A DNA stretch of 63,628 bases, the filler included, from Welwitschia mirabilis (taxonomy: Eukaryota): the NCBI GenBank assembly GCA_051453625.1. It is 7 parts of one record of this genome, joined end to end, with 100 filler letters (N's around TTAATTAATTAA, not from the genome) between each part and the next. Parts side by side here need not be neighbours in the genome. Positions count along the whole stretch, not along the records: positions 62,218 to 63,628 come from JBOZIK010000001.1; 6 more parts are not named here. One strand, given 5' to 3'. Of this stretch, positions 62,983 through 63,628 are shown piece by piece. The position numbers and the translations under genes are program-made. The stretch's first letter is position 1; the number at the start of each line of letters is the position of its first letter. Under the pieces are notes generated by a model. That model was not told the origin of the DNA, did no database searches, and saw nothing but the letters and a program-made list of their open reading frames with translations.

Positions 62983-63628
62983 TGTAACACCTAAAAAGAT
63001 TCTAATCTAATTACACATAATACACATTTGCATAGTGGGATCAACCCAAATGTCATACACTCAGAGAAGAGTTATAAATTAAATTTAGAAAGAGAAATAG
63101 AATATATTTTTTAATTTTAATTTATAAAAAATAAAATTAAACAATGCAAGGATGAAAATGAAATGCAATACAAATGAATTAAATGAAATGCAATGAAAGG
63201 CAAATCCAATGCATTTAAGTAACCAAACTTCCATGTATTGTCATCTAGATTTGTCCTTATAGCCTACAAATTCATATCACTTTCATTTCAATTAAGATAA
63301 GTTATAAGCAAGAAATAATAAAGCATTTAAAAAGATTTATAATTAAATCAATATTTTTACTAATAAAATTGAATTACGTCTAATTACAACAACAACTCCT
63401 AGATGAAAGATACACTGCCTAATATCAAGGTAGCTCTTATCACAAGTAGGATGGATCTCTTTACCTTAAACAATCCCTAATTATTAGAAGAATTAAAATG
63501 ATAAAAGATGATTTAGAATAAGGCCTAAAAGAATCCATTTATAGGTTAGGATAAATGGCTAAGGGTTGCTAAGGGGTGTGAATTGAAAAGGTGCAATTAA
63601 GATCTATTCTTTCATAATAATTAGATTA
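62983..63628 (-). mobile_element. LTR fragment, probably Athila-like, running off the window
   Basis: Begins TGTAACACC and interrupts the preceding ORF remnant. AGTGGGATCAACCCAAATGTC..CACTCAGAG followed by A-rich tracts is typical of reversed Athila LTRs. Confidence 0.4.

Overview
This is AT-rich, CpG-depleted plant nuclear DNA from a gapped draft assembly, made almost entirely of decayed, nested LTR retrotransposons. No intact host gene, RNA gene or CRISPR array is visible. In order: two 3' ends of a Sirevirus-type Ty1/copia (1-4286); an Ogre/Tat-like solo LTR (6314-8116); a degenerate Athila/Tat-type Ty3/gypsy gag-pol (~8780-12680); a three-level nest at 15193-32763; mostly unassignable DNA at 33-47 kb; Athila LTR pieces; another Sirevirus 3' end (50587-54712); and env-like ORF remnants (59.7-62.9 kb). 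The nest consists of an outer non-autonomous copia-like element, a full-length decayed Sirevirus inside it (19720-31449), and a gypsy solo LTR with a perfect AGGAT TSD splitting that Sirevirus integrase (24963-28170). The most interesting signal appears when the Sirevirus is removed. The outer element has no recognisable gag-pol. Instead it carries, just downstream of its PBS and in sense orientation, a four-exon pseudogene with phase-compatible GT-AG introns. Its product resembles the plant WD40-like beta-propeller family of Arabidopsis At3g54190/At2g38630; this assignment is from memory and has not been searched. Assembly artefacts are prominent: six N44-TTAATTAATTAA-N44 linkers, and nine pure 100-N gaps, each flanked by duplicated sequence that is often only ~90% identical. 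All identities quoted are estimates by eye.
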